From: Alphaproteobacteria bacterium
GTDB lineage: Bacteria; Pseudomonadota; Alphaproteobacteria; SPJN01
Length of the DNA: 64,000 nucleotides
Direction: 5' to 3'
Assembly (NCBI GenBank): GCA_049609145.1
Contig: JBMYYF010000003.1
Location: 152,256-216,255 of the forward strand
Shown here piece by piece: positions 60,688 through 64,000 of this stretch; positions within the stretch are counted from its first letter, which is position 1; each line of letters opens with the position of its first letter. Under the pieces are notes generated by a model. The model saw only the letters and a program-made list of their open reading frames with translations. It did no database searches and was not told where the DNA came from. A program made the position numbers and the translations under genes.

Positions 60688-62139
60688 ATGGCTGATCGGA
60701 AAATATTTGCCGGGCCGCGGATCAAGCGTATCCGCCGGGATTTGGGCCTTTCACAGGCCAGAATGGCCGAGGAATTGGGCATTTCCGGCTCTTATCTCAA
60801 TTTGATTGAGCGCGATCAACGCCCCTTAACCGCGCAGTTGCTGCTGCGCCTGGCAGAAACCTATGACATTGACCTGAAGGCGCTTGCGGGTGACGAAGAA
60901 CAACTCGTCATGGCCGAATTGCGGGAAGTGTTTGCTGATCCGCTTTTTGCGGGCACCGAAATCCTCCAACAAGAGATTCGCGACGTTGCCGCAGCCAGCC
61001 CTGTGCTGTCACAAGCCATCGCGCGGCTGTTTCGCGCCTATCAGGAGGCAATGTCGGGCGCAACAGCCCTCGCGGAGCGCATGGCAGATCGCGACCAAGA
61101 GGTGACCCCAGCCCTTGGCGGCGGCGCCCTTCACCTACCAGTTGAGGAGGTGCGCGACCACTTTCATGCCAAGCGCAATCATTTTCCGGAACTGGATGAG
61201 CGTGCCGAAGATCTCTATGACGCGATCCACAAGGAAGGCGAAGACCCTTATTCCGCCTTGCGCCTATATTTGAAAGACAAGCATGATGTCTCGGTCTCCA
61301 TCATGCCGGTGGATGTGATGGCCGCTTCGCTGCGTCGATACGATCGTCACCGCAAGCGTATCCAGCTTTCGGAACGTCTGGGCTATGCGGCACGCACTTT
61401 CCAGTTGGCTAACCGCATCATCGCTCTGGAATGCGGAGACTTACTGGAACAGGAAGTTTCAAGCAGCGGGCTGGAGGCGGAAGGTGCTGCCCCCCTGTTT
61501 CGGCTGGGCTTATCAAATTATGGCGCAGCCGCCCTTGTCATGCCCTACGGCAAGTTTTTGGAAACGGCCAAAAACTTACGTTACGATGTTGAAGCGCTGT
61601 GCGATCGTTTCTCCGCAAGTTTTGAGCAGGTCTGCCACCGCCTGACCACCCTGCAACGCCCCGGCGCGCGCGGCATTCCCTTTTTCCTGATCCGGGTCGA
61701 TTGCGCAGGCAATGTTTCCAAACGCTTTTCTGCGGGTGGCTTCCACTTCGCACGCTCCGGCGGCACTTGCCCGCGATGGAATGTGCACGAGGCGTTTCGC
61801 ACGCCCGGCCAAATTTATACCCAGATTATCCAACTACCTGACGAAACAGCCTATTTCTCTATCGCCAAAGCAGTTGAGCGTGTGGGGGGAGACGCCGCCA
61901 TTCCCAATCAAACCTTTGCGGTGGGATTGGGCTGTGAAATTTCACATGCAAGCCGTATCACCTATGCACAAAATTATGATCTTGATGATCCGGCGCAGGC
62001 AACACCCATAGGCGTGACCTGCCGGTTATGCGAGCGCGCCGACTGTACACAACGCGCCTTTCCCCCGTTGCGACGGGCACTCACCGTGCACGATCATGTG
62101 CGCGGCGTGTCCCCCTTCACTTTTGTGGGGGATGGTTGA
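60688..62139 (+). CDS. XRE-family HTH regulator with ImmA/IrrE-like and DUF2083 domains (RamB/ScfR-like)
   Basis: N-terminal HTH (IRRDLGLSQARMAEELGISGSYLNLIE), long C-terminal domain with Cys cluster; divergent from aceA. Confidence 0.65.
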   Translation: MADRKIFAGPRIKRIRRDLGLSQARMAEELGISGSYLNLIERDQRPLTAQLLLRLAETYDIDLKALAGDEEQLVMAELREVFADPLFAGTEILQQEIRDVAAASPVLSQAIARLFRAYQEAMSGATALAERMADRDQEVTPALGGGALHLPVEEVRDHFHAKRNHFPELDERAEDLYDAIHKEGEDPYSALRLYLKDKHDVSVSIMPVDVMAASLRRYDRHRKRIQLSERLGYAARTFQLANRIIALECGDLLEQEVSSSGLEAEGAAPLFRLGLSNYGAAALVMPYGKFLETAKNLRYDVEALCDRFSASFEQVCHRLTTLQRPGARGIPFFLIRVDCAGNVSKRFSAGGFHFARSGGTCPRWNVHEAFRTPGQIYTQIIQLPDETAYFSIAKAVERVGGDAAIPNQTFAVGLGCEISHASRITYAQNYDLDDPAQATPIGVTCRLCERADCTQRAFPPLRRALTVHDHVRGVSPFTFVGDG

Positions 62140-63672
62140 TCACTCTGCTGCCAATTGCTGTGGCACATCCTCTATTTGGCGATACTCAGAGAAATCGGGG
62201 TTTTGCATTTCCAGACGATATTGCTCCGGCGACCAAGGATAAAGATTGGGTAGGCCGGATTTATCAATATACCAGCTATCGCAGCCGCCCGTATACCAAA
62301 CCGTGTTCTTCACCGCGACGTTCATCTGTGCGTTGTAATCTTCATACGCCTCTTGTTTAGGTGCAAGGGCGACCAGCTTCTCGTCGCGCATCTTATTCAG
62401 CCCATGGATAACATGATCAATCTGCCATTCACTCAACTGTATGAGGGAGAAATTGCCCACTGGCCCGGTTGGCCCCTCCAGCATCCAGAAATTCGGGAAG
62501 CCCGGCATCGCCACTGCGCGATGAGCGCGAGGGGCACCATCCCAAATATCACGTAGTTCCACCTTGTTTTCACCATATACGCGGATGGGCAGCACAAAGG
62601 CTGAGCTATCAAACCCGGTGGCAAGCGCCAACACATCAAGCTCGTGCAGCACACCATCCTTCGTGCGCACACCTTTAGGCTCAATCTTGTCGATCCCCTC
62701 TGTCACGAGGACCGCGTTTTCAGCACTGATGGCCGGATAGAAATCTGAACACACAATGATGCGCTTACAAGCCGCCTGAAAATCAGGGGTGAGCTTTTTG
62801 CGCAATTCAGGATCAAGCACATTTTCTTCCAAATTGTTCAACGCAATTTCGCTGATCATATCTTGGGCCTTTTTGTCCCCCGTGGTCGCCTTTACCAAAC
62901 CTCTGCCTGTCATGGTGCGGAACCACCAACGCAACACATTGTGATAAGCCGGAAAAACCTTCAAAAATGTCTTGAACAGGGATGAGTATTCCTTCTGCAT
63001 CAGTGGCACCATCCATTGCGGGGTGCGCTGGAAGGCAACCAACTTGCCGACGCGCGGGCCAATATCACCAATAATTTGAGCCGCCGTTGACCCTGCCCCG
63101 ATCACGCCAACGCGCTTGCCTTCAAGTTGAATCGAGTGATCCCAACGGGCTGAATGAAAGGCCGCGCCATCAAATGTTTCCAAACCCTCAAAATGCGGGA
63201 TAGAAGGATGGTGCAGCACACCGGTAGCGCAAACCACCACATCGTAGACGCTTTCTTCCCCGGTTTCAGTCCTTAGACGCCAAACGGGCGCCTCATAGGT
63301 CAACTCTGCTATCGGCGTATTGAACCGGGTGATAGCCGTTACACCATAGCGATCAGCCACATCTTCCATATAGGCCTGGATATCCGGGCCATACGAATAT
63401 CGGTGCTTCCAATCCGGATTGGGTGCGAAAGTGAAGGAATACCAATGGGAAGGTACATCGCAGGACAGGCCCGGATAGCTGTTTTCGCGCCACGTGCCGC
63501 CCGGACGATCTGCTTTTTCATAGACCGTAAGATCGTTGTACCCGGCCTCGCGCAACTTAACGACAGCCGCTATGCCCGACATGCCAGCGCCGACAATCGC
63601 TATGCGGGGTGTGCGGCCTTCCTTCGCCCACGCCCCCTGTTTTTTGGCTTGCCCCTTGGCTTGCTGTTCCAT
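62140..63672 (-). CDS. flavin-containing / Baeyer-Villiger-type monooxygenase
   Basis: IAIVGAGMSG FAD motif, second GxGxxG NADPH motif (GVIGAGSTA); start at MEQQAKG with a GGAGG RBS. Confidence 0.75.
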   Translation of the reverse strand: MEQQAKGQAKKQGAWAKEGRTPRIAIVGAGMSGIAAVVKLREAGYNDLTVYEKADRPGGTWRENSYPGLSCDVPSHWYSFTFAPNPDWKHRYSYGPDIQAYMEDVADRYGVTAITRFNTPIAELTYEAPVWRLRTETGEESVYDVVVCATGVLHHPSIPHFEGLETFDGAAFHSARWDHSIQLEGKRVGVIGAGSTAAQIIGDIGPRVGKLVAFQRTPQWMVPLMQKEYSSLFKTFLKVFPAYHNVLRWWFRTMTGRGLVKATTGDKKAQDMISEIALNNLEENVLDPELRKKLTPDFQAACKRIIVCSDFYPAISAENAVLVTEGIDKIEPKGVRTKDGVLHELDVLALATGFDSSAFVLPIRVYGENKVELRDIWDGAPRAHRAVAMPGFPNFWMLEGPTGPVGNFSLIQLSEWQIDHVIHGLNKMRDEKLVALAPKQEAYEDYNAQMNVAVKNTVWYTGGCDSWYIDKSGLPNLYPWSPEQYRLEMQNPDFSEYRQIEDVPQQLAAE

Positions 63673-63762
63673 ACTGCCTCCGGTGTGCTCAATATCGATC
63701 ACACCAGTCTGGCACTCTGCCAAGGGGTCGCCAAGCCCCGCAACACTCGGAATTGCACGATA

Positions 63763-64000
63763 CTACCCGGAAATATCTTTCACTGTGCTGCTGCGCCCGG
63801 CCTCCGCTGGATCGGGGTTAGTGCTGAAAATTCTGTCAGCAAGGCCCATCGAAACACCCCACCATTGGTTTTCATTGTGGAAATGATGCCACCGATGCTC
63901 GCGCACCCGGCGGCGATAATATTCCAGCGGCGGCACCCATTTGATATGGGCAAGATAGTGCGACCACTCATAGTTCAAAGCCATCAAAAAAAAGAAGGCA
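63763..64000 (-). CDS. fatty acid hydroxylase / sterol desaturase family protein (C-terminal fragment, gene continues past window end)
   Basis: histidine box HRWHHFH; open reading frame continues to the window edge. Confidence 0.45.
   Translation of the reverse strand, partial: AFFFLMALNYEWSHYLAHIKWVPPLEYYRRRVREHRWHHFHNENQWWGVSMGLADRIFSTNPDPAEAGRSSTVKDISG

Overview
This ~64 kb window is high-GC, gene-dense chromosomal DNA whose gene content and synteny look alphaproteobacterial. I annotate about 70 protein-coding genes and one tRNA-Ser(TGA). I see no rRNA, CRISPR array, integrase, transposase or other mobile-element signature. Recognisable housekeeping genes include: rpmG (L33) and rpmJ (L36, both cysteine-less forms); clpS-clpA; surA-pdxA-rsmA; yfgM-like/bamB/der; panB; an amidase; guaA; an RsmB-family methyltransferase; guaB; rlmE-ppx; dusA; a complete queC-queE-queD-queF preQ1 operon; dinB; and aceA divergent from a RamB/ScfR-like regulator. 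Most large ORFs on the opposite strand of these genes are high-GC antisense artefacts. The most interesting candidate for an undescribed system is a compact five-gene, same-strand cluster at 53426-58476. It encodes a PF10118-like metal hydrolase, an SDR, an SMP-30/gluconolactonase-family lactonase, a DSD1-type PLP enzyme and a GULO/ALO-family FAD aldonolactone oxidase; the last three genes have overlapping stop/start codons. This looks like an uncharacterised aldonolactone or amino-sugar-acid oxidation pathway. A second candidate is the minus-strand array at 16542-22869: a DAO-like FAD oxidase, a GST, a fused DUF1446/DUF4387 (AtuA-like) protein and a TonB-dependent receptor. The receptor gene has a structured, palindrome-rich leader. 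Other observations: dinB carries an N-terminal C4 zinc ribbon and heads a tightly packed array of seven same-strand genes; an inverted/direct repeat cluster sits between aceA and its regulator; there are tandem NUDIX paralogs; a secreted 538-aa beta-propeller protein; several rho-independent terminators that correct ORF-track start sites; and a structured intergenic region downstream of guaA.
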